Notes: a model not told the origin generated them from the sequence alone. 64,000 nucleotides of DNA from an uncultured Acidobacteriota bacterium (GCA_913043225.1 CAJWLU010000016.1:1-64000); one strand, 5' to 3'. Counted from the stretch's first letter, positions 31,964 to 44,888 are shown. Numbers and translations: made by a program.

Positions 31964-32734
31964 GTGAACGATCAACCCCTATTCACCCGTCCCGCGGAGG
32001 AGGCACCGGCCGAGAACGCCTCAGGCCAGACCCCCAAGGACCGCATTCGGGCCCTGGTCGAGGTCGTGATCTGCTCGGGTTTTCCGACCCAGCTGCTGAT
32101 CGTGCTGGCCTTGAGCCTGTTTGGTTGGATGCCGACCGACGGCGAGGGTTCGCTCTCGCTAGCCTACATCGTCACGCTGTCGCTCGTCGATGCCGCGCTG
32201 CTCGTAGGTCTGGTCTGGCTCTTCCTCACCCTGCAGGACGAACACCCCGGCGAACTCCTCCTTGGCAACCGGCCGGTCCCCAGGGAGGTGACGCTGGGAA
32301 TCCTGCTATTACCGGTGGCGCTGCTCCTCACCGCGGTCAGCTTCGCACTGGTCCTGCAGTTCGCGCCAACCCTACGTAACGTCCCGGTGAACCCGCTCGA
32401 AGCGTTGATAGCCAGCCCGATGGCGATCGCCTGGTTCGCGCTGGTGGCCGTGGTGGCCGGTGGCATCCGGGAAGAGATCCAGCGCGCGTTCATCCTCCAC
32501 CGCTTCGAACAGCGACTCGGCGGCGCCGTGGTCGGCCTGGTAGTGTTCAGCGTCGCCTTCGGCCTAGGGCACCTCGTGCAGGGCCGGGACGCTGCCATCG
32601 TCACCGGGGTGCTAGGCGCCTTCTGGGGTACGGTCTATCTCAGTCGGCGCAGCGTGGTCGCACCCATGGTGTGCCACGGACTGTTCAACCTGTTCGAGAT
32701 CGGAATCGCATGGCTAGGCGGCGCCGGAGGCTAG
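31964..32734 (+). CDS. CPBP family intramembrane metalloprotease
   Basis: EEIQR, FGLGH, H..FN motifs in a polytopic protein. Confidence 0.9.
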   Translation: MNDQPLFTRPAEEAPAENASGQTPKDRIRALVEVVICSGFPTQLLIVLALSLFGWMPTDGEGSLSLAYIVTLSLVDAALLVGLVWLFLTLQDEHPGELLLGNRPVPREVTLGILLLPVALLLTAVSFALVLQFAPTLRNVPVNPLEALIASPMAIAWFALVAVVAGGIREEIQRAFILHRFEQRLGGAVVGLVVFSVAFGLGHLVQGRDAAIVTGVLGAFWGTVYLSRRSVVAPMVCHGLFNLFEIGIAWLGGAGG

Positions 32735-32746
32735 CCGCAGACCGGT

Positions 32747-33271
32747 CTACGGACCAACCCTGAGTACATCCGCGCGCGCGATTAACGACGCAATCCACTC
32801 GTCAACCAGATCCGATCGCACATCGGACGAAGGGAAGCGGCCGGCAAGGTAAAGCTCAATCCGAAGATCGTCGCGCACGATCTGGAACACGTCGCTCCGC
32901 TCGAGCCCCACCAGCGGCAAGAGCGACTCGAAGAAGGACGTGCCCCCGACCCGCTCGACCACCTCGCTAAATCGTGCCGTCACCTCTGCCGCGGTGGGAT
33001 CGTCGACGACATAGCGCTCGACCTCGGCCAGGACCAGCTGCCGCTCGATCAGGGAGGTGAGCACCCGCTCGTCGGCGTCGGCCGTGGCCGGCGGTGCCAC
33101 CAAACCGAGCTCGGAAAAGGCGCGCACGTCGGAGCGCATGATGATCTGGCCATCGACGAACGCCAGAACGCTGTCGAGAAGCTCCGCGCCCTCAGGCTGC
33201 CCTGCCCGGGCGCTACCCGCGACGATCAGCATCGCCATAACCACCGTCACCAGTCTTCGCCCCACGTCCAT
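32747..33271 (-). CDS. Exported protein, SurA N-terminal-like
   Basis: Signal peptide, LD.VLAFVDGQII..SDV, L..LIERQL; follows the Omp85 gene. Confidence 0.65.
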   Translation of the reverse strand: MDVGRRLVTVVMAMLIVAGSARAGQPEGAELLDSVLAFVDGQIIMRSDVRAFSELGLVAPPATADADERVLTSLIERQLVLAEVERYVVDDPTAAEVTARFSEVVERVGGTSFFESLLPLVGLERSDVFQIVRDDLRIELYLAGRFPSSDVRSDLVDEWIASLIARADVLRVGP

Positions 33272-33313
33272 TAATGTACACCGCGGACAGACAAGCGACG
33301 CGTGGCAGTGGTT

Positions 33314-36241
33314 CTAGAAAGCTTGACCGATGGAGAGATGGAGCGCGGTAGGGCTCTCGAGCTCGCCGGCGAACTCCCGCCGGTCCAGCTTGAACCCGAG
33401 ATCCACCCGGATCGGCCCAACCGGCGAACCATAGCGTATGCCGAAGCCGGCGCCGCCCCTGATCCGTCCAAGGCTGAGGTTGGCGGCGCGATCGAATACG
33501 TTGCCAACGTCGAGAAACCCCACCACCTGGATGGACTCGGTCACCGGCACCCGTAGCTCAGAGTTCAACACCATGAGGGCATTGCCACCGGTCGGGAAAC
33601 CGTTCGGATCGATGGTGAGCCCATCACCCAGGCGGTCGAGGGCGAACCCACGCACCGTGGTGTCTCCCCCGGCGAAGAACCGTTCGCTCGCCGGCAGCGC
33701 CTGCACCACGTTGACCGCCTCTCCTGGCACCAGTACCAGCACTCCGTCGTCACCAAAAACCGGTGTCGGGGGCCCGGCCAACTCAAGCACGAAGCCGCGC
33801 GCCAGACCGAGACGGCCACCGCCGGCGAAAACCACGCCGCCAGGAAGCTCGCGATAGATGAAGCCCTGGACCGTGGCCTTGGCAAAGCCGACCTCTGAGC
33901 CAAGCCGCCGGAACGCCACTTCGCTCTCCACTCCCACCAGTTCGCCGTCGGTGGTGTCCAGCGGGTCGTCTCGCGAGTCGCTTACCAGCGACGTAGTGAA
34001 GCTGGAGAGTGTCACCTCGGGAAACAGCCGGTCGACCAGCGGACGGTCTGCGGGCAACAGCTGCTCGTTGGTCACGCGGTTGCGCCCGTAGGTGTAGCCC
34101 ACCGTCGCGCTGGTGGTCAAACCGAGCGCGCGGACCAACTCGACGTTGACGCCGCGGCTGAACAGGTCGAAGCTGGGCCGGATGGCCTGTTCGATGAAGC
34201 CCGAGACCAGCAGATCGCCCACCTGGCGGAAAGCCCTGGGCTCACGGTAGTTAAGCAGCATGCGGTATTCGTTGAACCCGAGCCCAGACTCGGTCATCTC
34301 GGTCGCCGATTCCCCATCTCGCCGCACACTGACGCGGGTGAAGAGATCGATCGAACGGTTCTTGCCCCAGAGGTTGCGGCGCCCGATCTCGAAGAACCCG
34401 CGTGGGGCGAACTCGAGCCGCTCGGCGGCCACACCCGTGTCGGTAGCGCGCAGACGCTCATTGACTTCGAGCCCACCGCCGTAGCCCACACGGGTGGCCG
34501 GCGCCTCTTCCACCACCACCACGACATCACGCCGAAGCTGGTCGCCATGGCTGAACTGCCGCAGGTCAACGCCGCGGAACAGTCCGAGCGCCGCCAGCCG
34601 CCGGCGGGTCTGGTCCAGATCGTCCTGCCCGAGCGGCTGCCCCGGTCGCACCGCGAGTTCCTGACGGATCGTCGACGAGTCGATCTGCTGGTTCCCCACG
34701 ATCAGCACGTGGTCCACCAGGATCTGCGGCCCCTCTACGATGACGAAAGCGAGATCAACCACCGTCCCGCGCTCGTCGAAACCAGGCTGCACCTCGACCG
34801 ACGCGCTTTCGTAACCCTCATTCAGATAGAGCGCCTGGAGGGCCGCCCGACCGGTCGCCACCATCGGCGCGAAGTACGCTGCCCCGGGCACCAACCCAAT
34901 GAACCCGATCACCTCGGCCAGAGCCGACTCATCGAAGGCCCTGTTTCCCTCGAAACGCAGGGTCCCCAACGCGGTCGGCGCGCCCTCGAAGACCTCAACC
35001 ACGAGCGAGACCGGGACCACTGCCGGGGTGTCGGCGCCGGTGTCGGCCTCCTTCAGGCGCGGCTGCACCACCACGCCGCGATAGCCCAACGCCGCATACC
35101 GATCTGCAATCGCGGCACCTCCAGTCTGGAGCGCCTCCATGACCAGCGGCTCACCCACGCGCATCGCTAGAAGGTCGCGCAACTCCAGCTCGGCCAGCAC
35201 GGCGTGCCCTTCAAACTCGACCGACACAAGGCGATACTCAGCGCCCCGGTCGACGTCGAACACGACCGTCAGCAACCCAAGCTCGTCCAAGCGACGGTGG
35301 ACCACGCGCGCATCTCGATAGCCGAGCCCGCGCAGGTAGTCTTCGACCCGCAGACTCGAGTCCTCGAGCAGGTCCTCGTCAATCGATCCCTCGTCGGCGA
35401 CCGGCACGAGCTCGTCGAGGTTGGCGTCTGGAACAGGGTCGCCGGCGAAGCGGACCGTTACCGGCGAGCCGGTCTCGATGTCGAGGACGACGTCCACCGA
35501 GAGCCCGTCCGGCGTCGGAATCGCATCGTGCCGCAGGCGCGCCTCGTAGTAGCGACGACCACGAACCTCCGACTCAAAATCGGCCAGCCGCTCGTCCAGG
35601 CCGACCGGGTCGTAGACACCGCCCTCGACCAGCCCTAGACGCTCCAGGACCCCGGAACGTCCATCCTCCAGCGCCCCCCGAAGCTCGATCGACGCAATCT
35701 GGGCGGGTGGCCCCTGATCGATGTCGAACCGCAGCCGACCGGCGCCGAGCGGCGCCGGTTCGATGCGGGCCGCAAACCGTCCCAATGCGCGGTACTCAGC
35801 TTCGAGCAGCACCACCGCGTCGTCCAGTTCCTCGGTCCGCACGACGCGACCGAACCTCCGCGTGACCACGTCGATCAACTCACTGGCGGGCCGGCCCAGA
35901 TCGCCCTGCATCTCGAACCCGATCCGCCGGTCCAGCGCTACGAGGTCGTAGCGCAGCACGACGCCGTTGTCGCGCATCCAGCCGCTCACCACCACGTCGA
36001 AAAAATCGCCGAGTGCGTAGAGGTGGGTAATGCTCTCGCGCACCTCTCGGAGCGAGAGTGGTTGCGCCTCGCGCGTCTCGATCAGCCCTAACCTCGTCTC
36101 GTCGCGCTGGGGCACGCCGTCGACGAACAGCTGCACCTCGACCACCGGCCGTCCAACCAGCTCGACCACCTCGGCCGCAGACACCGGCGCCGCCGCCAGC
36201 ACCGCCGCTAGCAGCAGCCGACACGGACCCGCCTGCCTCAA
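33314..36241 (-). CDS. Omp85 family outer membrane protein (BamA/TamA-like) with POTRA domains
   Basis: Repeated POTRA motifs, RFFAGG..VRGF, SPVGPIRVD, terminal SIGQAF; TTG start overlaps the tamB stop. Confidence 0.92.
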   Translation of the reverse strand: MRQAGPCRLLLAAVLAAAPVSAAEVVELVGRPVVEVQLFVDGVPQRDETRLGLIETREAQPLSLREVRESITHLYALGDFFDVVVSGWMRDNGVVLRYDLVALDRRIGFEMQGDLGRPASELIDVVTRRFGRVVRTEELDDAVVLLEAEYRALGRFAARIEPAPLGAGRLRFDIDQGPPAQIASIELRGALEDGRSGVLERLGLVEGGVYDPVGLDERLADFESEVRGRRYYEARLRHDAIPTPDGLSVDVVLDIETGSPVTVRFAGDPVPDANLDELVPVADEGSIDEDLLEDSSLRVEDYLRGLGYRDARVVHRRLDELGLLTVVFDVDRGAEYRLVSVEFEGHAVLAELELRDLLAMRVGEPLVMEALQTGGAAIADRYAALGYRGVVVQPRLKEADTGADTPAVVPVSLVVEVFEGAPTALGTLRFEGNRAFDESALAEVIGFIGLVPGAAYFAPMVATGRAALQALYLNEGYESASVEVQPGFDERGTVVDLAFVIVEGPQILVDHVLIVGNQQIDSSTIRQELAVRPGQPLGQDDLDQTRRRLAALGLFRGVDLRQFSHGDQLRRDVVVVVEEAPATRVGYGGGLEVNERLRATDTGVAAERLEFAPRGFFEIGRRNLWGKNRSIDLFTRVSVRRDGESATEMTESGLGFNEYRMLLNYREPRAFRQVGDLLVSGFIEQAIRPSFDLFSRGVNVELVRALGLTTSATVGYTYGRNRVTNEQLLPADRPLVDRLFPEVTLSSFTTSLVSDSRDDPLDTTDGELVGVESEVAFRRLGSEVGFAKATVQGFIYRELPGGVVFAGGGRLGLARGFVLELAGPPTPVFGDDGVLVLVPGEAVNVVQALPASERFFAGGDTTVRGFALDRLGDGLTIDPNGFPTGGNALMVLNSELRVPVTESIQVVGFLDVGNVFDRAANLSLGRIRGGAGFGIRYGSPVGPIRVDLGFKLDRREFAGELESPTALHLSIGQAF

Positions 36242-39200
36242 AAGCTGTGCCTCACACGGAAGTCGAGCGCGTAGGTGCGGTCTTCGTTCTGGGACAGGAT
36301 CCAAGACAATCGGTCGCTCTGGTCGTACTCGAGAACCATGATCAGGTCACGGTTCGCACCACTGAGCGCACGCGACAAGGTGAGATGCGCGCGGTTCGAA
36401 ATCCGCTTACCGATCAACACCCGTGCGGTCGGGTTGAGCTGCGCCGATTGCTGCGACGACGGGTCACCGAGTGACGGCGTGATCTGGAAGGTATCGACGC
36501 CAAACGATTCCTGTACCACGCGGCCAACGCCGGACGACAACGGCGTCGTGAGCAGTCTGGCCGCGCCCGCCTGGAAGCGCTGCTGCTGCGCTAGCTCTGG
36601 CGCCCTCGCGGCGCGCAGGTCCGCGCTCAGTGGATCTCGTCTGTCGCCCAACAACATCGACAGGATGTCGACTTCGGGGAGTGGCGGGTCGGAAGACAGC
36701 GATGGCACTAGCCGTTCGAGCGTGCCCTGCGCACGGAGCGTGACGCGGTAGGTCTGCCCGGGCACCCGATGATCAGTCTCAAGCTCGACATCGATGAAAG
36801 GTTCGATCTCTTCCGGGTTGGTGAAACCGACCGTCCCGTAATTCAAGCGATAGCGGTTCCCCTCGATAAAGGTTTCGCCGCTCTCGAACTCGACGGTGCC
36901 GAACAGCGTCGGTTGAGCCAACGTCCCCTGGTAGGCGAGGTCGGCACTCGCGACGGCCCGGATGCTATTGCTGGTCATCCTCAGGGTCGAAGGGGCCACG
37001 ATCTCAACGTCGAAGCGCAGGGGCATCGCCTGCTCCTCGGCCAGGGCTTCGGTTTCGGTTCCCAGACTCAATCCGCCGCCGAACAACCCGTCGCCGAGAT
37101 CGAACCCGTCGAGCAGCACGGCGTCGAGCACGTTGACATTGCCCGAGAGTAGCGGTGCAGCGACATCGCCCGTCAGTTCCAACTCGGCATCGATCTGCGA
37201 GCGGAAGCCCTCGGGGTAGCGTAGCTGCATCCGTTCACCCCGAAGCGTCACCGCGAGTTCGCTGGGCTGGAACCCGGCGAGCCCGATCCGGCCTCCGATG
37301 GTCACCGGGCCGCCGCCCATCCGTCCCGGCACGTCGTCGAACCTGATCTCGCCTGGCGTGAACACCACCCGCCCGTTGATCTCCTCGAGCCCATGCGGCA
37401 GCGAGAGGTGACGAAGCCGTCCGTCGGTCAGAGTGGCCCCGCCGCTGAGCACCGGTCGAGCCGCCGGTCCCTGCACCTGGGCTTCGACAACCGCCGCACC
37501 CGATCCGCGGAAGTCGGGGAGGAAGCCTTGGAGGATACCGACACTGGCATCGCCGTTCACGTCGATGGCCAAATCGTCGGCTACGAGATCCGCGCTACCC
37601 GAGAGCTCGAGCGAAGTGCCCTCACCCACAAGTCGGAATGCATCGATCCCGATGTTGCGCTTCTTGAGCGAGAGCTGGATCGGTCCCTCGTTGCGAACGT
37701 CGTAGTCGAACACGCTCAGGTCCGCCTGCTCGATCACGGCCTCGGCACCCAGGTGGTCCCAGTTGCCGAGTTCCCCATGTACCTGCATGGATCCGCTGAG
37801 CACGGCCCGGGTAAACGGCGACCACTCTGGGACGAACATCCGTACGTAGGGGTCAAGCGACCAGTTCGCCACGCGGAACGACAGGTCGGCGTCGTAGGGC
37901 ACTGCCATGCCTACCTGGCCGGTCGCAGACACGAAGATCGTGGACGACGCGGCTTCGAGATCGAGCGACAAGGCTCCATCTCGAACGTCGAGCAGTCCGG
38001 TGACGGTGCCCACTTCCTCGTCGCCGATGAACATGTCGTGCACGGTAGCGCGCACCGAATAGCGCGGGTCGTCGAAGATGCCCACCCCGGAGGCCGACCC
38101 CTCGAGGGTCCCGGACGGCTGCTGCGGCAGCATGGGGAGGAAGTTGATGGTGTCGACGCCGACGTTCCGGGCATCGAGATTGAACGAGTAGGACGCGTCC
38201 CACTCGATGAAAGCCGCTCCGGTGGCCGTGCCCTCCCCTTTCTGGATCTCCAACCCGTTCAGCCGGACGCCCGTACCCTCGAAGAGCAGGTCGGCCGACA
38301 CAGCGTCGAACGGTTCGCCGTAGGCGGTGGGGTGATCGAGTTCCATTCTCCCAAAGCCGAACAACCGCCGGTAGGCGCCGTAGAGATGCACCTCACCGGT
38401 GGTCGGTCCTTCGATCGAGTAGCCCTCTTGCAGCCCGAACGCGGCGCGAATGTTGGCGGAGGGGAACCGACTGAAGCGGAACACGCCGTTCATCTCCTCG
38501 CCGCCATCGGTCCGGGGCCGGGAGAGCGAAAAGAGTCCGTCGACACTCAGCTGCGCCGCGCCACGCCTGAACGCACCATCGCTCAGGTCGAGATAACCGT
38601 TCTCGACCACGAGCTCGCCCGCGCCGTGACCCCACTCGACGTTCCAGGCCCGCAGTCCCTCGCCGTCGAACCGGGCTTCGACCCGAGGATCGGACACATC
38701 GCCCAGCATCACGCCGTCGAACGTCCCGGCGCCATCGATGGCAAACGTTCCGGTCGGCGCTCCGAAGGCGGTCATGGTGGCCGCCAGCAGTCGGTCGCTT
38801 TCCTGCCAGTCGGTGCTCACGACAAGGAACGGAATCTCCGTCTCGGTGCCAAACCGGCTTCGGCCGTCGAAGGTGATGTGGGTCGATGGCGTCGACAGCT
38901 GTCCGTTGGCGAGCTCGATCCAGCCATCCTGCATCCGGTAGTCGACGCCGCCGCCGAAGGGGAAGGCGAAGGTCAAGAGGTCCGGCTCCCGCCCTGCCCG
39001 AGCCTCGACCGCAACGCCGGCGCTCGCCGGAAGCTCGGGACCGGCCACCTGCATCCCCTCTGGGGGCGTGAGGCTGATCGATCCGCTGTTCCATATGCCA
39101 CCGTCCGGCCCCTTGGGCCATTCGAGCAGGTTGCGGCCCGACGCCCGACCGAGCGGCTCGATGCCGCGCAGGTCGAACACACGGGCCACCGACAGCACTT

Positions 39201-40416
39201 GGAGACCGTCATAGCGCACCTCGAAGCGCTTCTGCCAGGGGTCCTCCTCGTTAGTCTTGGCCATCAGGAAGTCGTAGCTCGCCTTCCCGCCATACGGCAT
39301 CGACACGCCGTCCCAGATCTCGAAACTATCCCGCTGCCAGCGAAGAACCCCGCCAAAGTCGGGCAAGTCGAACTCGCCCGCCGCAATCGCGAACCCAGCC
39401 TGGGGGCTGGCGAACGTGCCCTTGAGATCGTGGCCTCCTTCAAACAAGTCGAAGCTGCCACTGAAGTGCCCCTTGCCCGACGTCGTGAACTCGTCGGCGG
39501 CGAAGAAAATCTCGCGCATCCGTTTGAAGTCGATGTCCGACTCCAGCGTGTAGGACATGCTCGGAAAGCTCGCCGCGTCGAGGTAGCCCTTGAGTTCGGT
39601 GCTTGCGCCGTCGGTCTCGAGTCCGATGCGGCTGACGTAGACGTCGGCACCGTCGAGCAGAAAGTCGAACTCAGCGTCGGCCCACATCGGCTCGTAGTCG
39701 GCGATCTGTACCATGCCCCCGGAGAAGGAGGCGTGCCCGCGGTAGTCGAGTACCTTGGTGATGCTGAAGTCGAGATTGGGTGCCACCACGCTCCAGTCCG
39801 AGCCATGGTCATCGAACACGAACTCGCCGTTCGTAGCGTGGAGATACTGGAGCGTCGTCACGAAGCGGCGGCCGGCATCCTCCTGCTCATTCTCACTAGG
39901 CAGCGGCTCCGGCGCCTTCTTCTCCTCTTCCGGCGCATCCGACTGAGGGACAAAAGCGGGGAAACTATGGCGACCATCTTCGAACGACTCGGTCAGCATC
40001 CGCCAGTTGTCCATCAACACCGAATCGACCAGCACCTCGCCGTGGAAAAGCGCGGTCCAGTCGGCTGACAGCGTGACCCGTTCCGCGGTGAGGAACGGCC
40101 GATCTCCAGGGTTCAGCCCGCCGATGGTGAGGTCCTCGACGAGAAACCGGCCGGGCACGATGAAGGCGCCGATACGTCCGATCGTCACCTCGCGTTCGAG
40201 GTAGTTGGCGGCCTCGCGCTCCGCCCGTGCGCGCACCGAGGGCCCAAGATCGATAGTGAAGGTCGCGACCAGGGCTACCGCGAAGGCGACAGCAAGAGCG
40301 CCAAGGGTCCAGCGCATGCCCAAGCTCAGCCAGCGGCGACGGCGCACCCAGGGCGACGGCGCGGCCTGGACTGCGTCCTGCTTCTGGTCGACGGGCGGCG
40401 CCGGCGTGTCAGTCAT
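36238..40416 (-). CDS. tamB: Translocation and assembly module TamB-like protein
   Basis: N-terminal TM anchor, long beta-rich body, C-terminal LSSDPPL...DILS.L and GKRIS motifs; upstream of Omp85. Confidence 0.85.
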   Translation of the reverse strand: MTDTPAPPVDQKQDAVQAAPSPWVRRRRWLSLGMRWTLGALAVAFAVALVATFTIDLGPSVRARAEREAANYLEREVTIGRIGAFIVPGRFLVEDLTIGGLNPGDRPFLTAERVTLSADWTALFHGEVLVDSVLMDNWRMLTESFEDGRHSFPAFVPQSDAPEEEKKAPEPLPSENEQEDAGRRFVTTLQYLHATNGEFVFDDHGSDWSVVAPNLDFSITKVLDYRGHASFSGGMVQIADYEPMWADAEFDFLLDGADVYVSRIGLETDGASTELKGYLDAASFPSMSYTLESDIDFKRMREIFFAADEFTTSGKGHFSGSFDLFEGGHDLKGTFASPQAGFAIAAGEFDLPDFGGVLRWQRDSFEIWDGVSMPYGGKASYDFLMAKTNEEDPWQKRFEVRYDGLQVLSVARVFDLRGIEPLGRASGRNLLEWPKGPDGGIWNSGSISLTPPEGMQVAGPELPASAGVAVEARAGREPDLLTFAFPFGGGVDYRMQDGWIELANGQLSTPSTHITFDGRSRFGTETEIPFLVVSTDWQESDRLLAATMTAFGAPTGTFAIDGAGTFDGVMLGDVSDPRVEARFDGEGLRAWNVEWGHGAGELVVENGYLDLSDGAFRRGAAQLSVDGLFSLSRPRTDGGEEMNGVFRFSRFPSANIRAAFGLQEGYSIEGPTTGEVHLYGAYRRLFGFGRMELDHPTAYGEPFDAVSADLLFEGTGVRLNGLEIQKGEGTATGAAFIEWDASYSFNLDARNVGVDTINFLPMLPQQPSGTLEGSASGVGIFDDPRYSVRATVHDMFIGDEEVGTVTGLLDVRDGALSLDLEAASSTIFVSATGQVGMAVPYDADLSFRVANWSLDPYVRMFVPEWSPFTRAVLSGSMQVHGELGNWDHLGAEAVIEQADLSVFDYDVRNEGPIQLSLKKRNIGIDAFRLVGEGTSLELSGSADLVADDLAIDVNGDASVGILQGFLPDFRGSGAAVVEAQVQGPAARPVLSGGATLTDGRLRHLSLPHGLEEINGRVVFTPGEIRFDDVPGRMGGGPVTIGGRIGLAGFQPSELAVTLRGERMQLRYPEGFRSQIDAELELTGDVAAPLLSGNVNVLDAVLLDGFDLGDGLFGGGLSLGTETEALAEEQAMPLRFDVEIVAPSTLRMTSNSIRAVASADLAYQGTLAQPTLFGTVEFESGETFIEGNRYRLNYGTVGFTNPEEIEPFIDVELETDHRVPGQTYRVTLRAQGTLERLVPSLSSDPPLPEVDILSMLLGDRRDPLSADLRAARAPELAQQQRFQAGAARLLTTPLSSGVGRVVQESFGVDTFQITPSLGDPSSQQSAQLNPTARVLIGKRISNRAHLTLSRALSGANRDLIMVLEYDQSDRLSWILSQNEDRTYALDFRVRHSF

Positions 40417-40987
40417 CGCCCTCCGCATCAGTCCGCACGACGAGCAGTACGGCACCCGCATCGACCGAGTCGCCATCGGTCACGCGCACATCGCTGACGA
40501 TCCCGGCCGCAGGCGACGGCACCTCGTTCTCCATCTTCATCGCCTCGACCACGGCCAGCCCCTGTCCCTCCTCGACGGTGTCACCTATGGCGGCGAGCAC
40601 CCGGACCACCTTACCCGGCATCGGCGCCGTCACCGGGGCCTCGCCCTCCACCGGAGCCGCCGCGGCGCTCTTGCGGCGCCGCTGGTCGGCAACCCGGACC
40701 TGCACCCGGCGCCCATCGAACCCAAGCAGCAGCGCGCCCGGGGCCGTCTCGTGGCCGGTAATCTCGTGACTCGCATGACCGCTGTCCCCCAGCACGAGTG
40801 ACAGCGCGCCCGAGGCGAGCCGAGTCACATCGGCCACTCGAGTCACATGTATGGCAGTTACCGGGTCGACCCAAGTGACGGCCAGCCGACCATCCTCGGC
40901 TGGCGTGACCTCGACTTGCCTGGACCGACCAGCCACCTCGACCTCGAATCTAGCCCGCCCGCGCACCGATTCAGTCGCGCTGCTCAT
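40409..40987 (-). CDS. Biotin carboxyl carrier subunit
   Basis: APMPGKV, EAMKMENE. Confidence 0.93.
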   Translation of the reverse strand: MSSATESVRGRARFEVEVAGRSRQVEVTPAEDGRLAVTWVDPVTAIHVTRVADVTRLASGALSLVLGDSGHASHEITGHETAPGALLLGFDGRRVQVRVADQRRRKSAAAAPVEGEAPVTAPMPGKVVRVLAAIGDTVEEGQGLAVVEAMKMENEVPSPAAGIVSDVRVTDGDSVDAGAVLLVVRTDAEGDD

Positions 40988-42501
40988 CGCTCCCTCACCG
41001 CCTCGCTTCGCGCCGCCTGCCGCCAAGCGGACGCCGTGGAGACCACGGGCGGCTCGGGCGCACGTTCGCCACTAGAGAAGTATGCCAGCAGAGCCGCCGC
41101 TACCACCGCCAGCTCCTCCTCGCGCTGTGATAGCACCGAGAACGACTCTCCCGCCCGTTTGGTCAGCGCACGGTCGAGGTACCCGGTGTCGAACTCTCCG
41201 GCGGCAAAGTCCTCCTGCTCCAAAATCCAGAGCAACGCCGGAATCACCGTGATCAACCCGCCGATCTCGTATTCGCGCAGCGCGCGATCCATCCGAATGA
41301 TCGCCGCCTCTCGGTCGGGCGCCCAGGCGATCACCTTCGAGATCATAGAGTCGTAGAACACGGGCACTTCAAAACCGGCCTCGACCCCGCCGTCGTCGCG
41401 AATGCCCGGACCAGACGGACTCCGCAGCGACGTGATCAACCCCGGCGAGGGCAGGAACCCCCGGTCGGGATCCTCGGCGTACACCCGGCTTTCGATGGCA
41501 TGGCCCACCGGAGTCAGCGCCCGCTCGGGATCGATGGTCAGGCGCTCGCCCTGCGCGATCCGGATCTGCCAGTGCACCAGGTCGATGCCGCTCACCATCT
41601 CAGTGACCGGGTGCTCGACCTGCAGCCGCGTGTTCATCTCTAGGAAGTAGAACTGGCCGTCGCGGTCCAGTAGGAACTCGAGGGTGCCGGCACCCACGTA
41701 GCTGACCGCCGACGAAAGCGCCACGGCTGCATCCGCAAGCGCACGACGAACCTCTAGCGTCACGGCCACCGACGGCGACTCTTCGATCACTTTCTGATGA
41801 CGACGCTGGATCGAACACTCCCGCTCGACGAATGGCACCACCGTGCCATGCGTGTCGCCGAGCACCTGCACCTCGATGTGTCTCGCCTTCTCGACCAACC
41901 GCTCAAGATAGACCGACCCATCGCCGAAGGCGGTCTCGGCCTCTGAACGCGCCGAGGCCACCGCCGACACGACACCGTCACTGGTATCGACCCGCCGCAT
42001 GCCGCGTCCGCCGCCACCGGCCACGGCCTTGATGAACAGCGGATAACCTACCTCGTCCGTGCGGGCCCGAAGTTCCTCTTCGGACAGCGAGGAGTTCAGG
42101 GCCTCGGTGCCAGGCACCACCGGCACACCGGCGTCGATGGCAGCGCGACGTGCTGCGGTCTTCCCGCCCATGGTCTCGATCACGTCGGCATCGGGGCCAA
42201 TGAAAGTCAGACCCGCGTCAACGACGGCTCGGGCGAACGTCGGATTCTCGGCCAGGAAGCCATAGCCGGGGTGCACGGCCGTCGCCTCGGCTGCCGTGGC
42301 GGCCGCGAGCACCCGTTCTATGTGCAGGTAGCTTTCGCCTGGCGGACCCGGTCCCAGCTCGACAGCGTGGTCGGCCATGCGGACGTGGGGCGCCGTGCGA
42401 TCGCACTCGGAATAAACGGCCACCGACCCCACCCCCATCTCTCGACAGGCGCGAAGCACGCGGACGGCAATTTCGCCTCGGTTGGCGACCAGAATCTTCA
42501 C
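40984..42501 (-). CDS. accC: Biotin carboxylase subunit of an acyl-CoA carboxylase
   Basis: ANRGEIA, HPGYGFLAEN, RECSIQRRHQK, EMNTRLQVEH. Confidence 0.93.
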   Translation of the reverse strand: MKILVANRGEIAVRVLRACREMGVGSVAVYSECDRTAPHVRMADHAVELGPGPPGESYLHIERVLAAATAAEATAVHPGYGFLAENPTFARAVVDAGLTFIGPDADVIETMGGKTAARRAAIDAGVPVVPGTEALNSSLSEEELRARTDEVGYPLFIKAVAGGGGRGMRRVDTSDGVVSAVASARSEAETAFGDGSVYLERLVEKARHIEVQVLGDTHGTVVPFVERECSIQRRHQKVIEESPSVAVTLEVRRALADAAVALSSAVSYVGAGTLEFLLDRDGQFYFLEMNTRLQVEHPVTEMVSGIDLVHWQIRIAQGERLTIDPERALTPVGHAIESRVYAEDPDRGFLPSPGLITSLRSPSGPGIRDDGGVEAGFEVPVFYDSMISKVIAWAPDREAAIIRMDRALREYEIGGLITVIPALLWILEQEDFAAGEFDTGYLDRALTKRAGESFSVLSQREEELAVVAAALLAYFSSGERAPEPPVVSTASAWRQAARSEAVRER

Positions 42502-42685
42502 GTGAACGTCAGCTATTCTCTGGTCGGGAGGGTCGTCGGACCACGGCAATCGTCACGAGCACCCCCCCCCACGCTCTCCGACGCCTTGGGCACGAGCGAC
42601 GAGCTTCATGACAGCGCGATCTGTCTATTATTCTAGCACTTATGCCGACAACCGAGAGCTCGGCTGTCCTGAGGGTCCGCCCGCC

Positions 42686-44227
<1,542 letters not shown>

Positions 44228-44234
44228 GCGCTGG

Positions 44235-44888
44235 TCAGACCGACTGTTTCTGGCTCTTAGACCAGTCGGCCAGAAACTTCTCCAGCCCGATATCAGTAAG
44301 CGGGTGATTGAACAACGCGTCGATGGCCTTGGGCGGGCAGGTGCAGATGTCGGCGCCCAGCCGTGCCGCCTCCACCACGTGGAGCGGACCGCGAATGCTG
44401 GCCACCAGGATCTCGGTCTGAAACGCCGCGCCCTCGTAAATGTCGACGATCTGGCTAATCAGGTCCATGCCGGGTGTCGCGATGTCGTCGAGACGTCCCA
44501 CGAACGGGCTGACGAAGGTTGCGCCCACCTTGGCAGCCAGCATCGCCTGGGACGCAGAGAAGACCAGCGTCACATTGACCTTGATGTCCTCGCTCGTGAG
44601 CGTGTGACACGCTTCCACACCCGCCTTGCCGAACGGCACCTTCACCACAATGTGCGGGTCGATCTGCGACAGCTCCCGTCCCTCCCGAATCATCCCGTCG
44701 GCATCGGTGGCCACGACTTCGGCGCTGACCGGCCCCTGCACCAGGTTGCAGATCTGCTTCAGCACGGTTCGAGGCTCCGGCCCCTGTTTGCCGAGCAGCG
44801 AAGGGTTGGTGGTCACGCCGTCGACGATACCCAGCGGGACGAAGGCCGCGATCTCGTCGACCTTGGCCGAATCAACAAATAGCTTCAT
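44235..44888 (-). CDS. tal: Transaldolase / fructose-6-phosphate aldolase family
   Basis: [30 protein letters not shown]. Confidence 0.92.
   Translation of the reverse strand: MKLFVDSAKVDEIAAFVPLGIVDGVTTNPSLLGKQGPEPRTVLKQICNLVQGPVSAEVVATDADGMIREGRELSQIDPHIVVKVPFGKAGVEACHTLTSEDIKVNVTLVFSASQAMLAAKVGATFVSPFVGRLDDIATPGMDLISQIVDIYEGAAFQTEILVASIRGPLHVVEAARLGADICTCPPKAIDALFNHPLTDIGLEKFLADWSKSQKQSV

Noticed and set aside
37393..40068. 891-aa plus-strand ORF
   Set aside because: Antisense shadow of the TamB-like gene with no recognisable motifs; expected in high-GC DNA.
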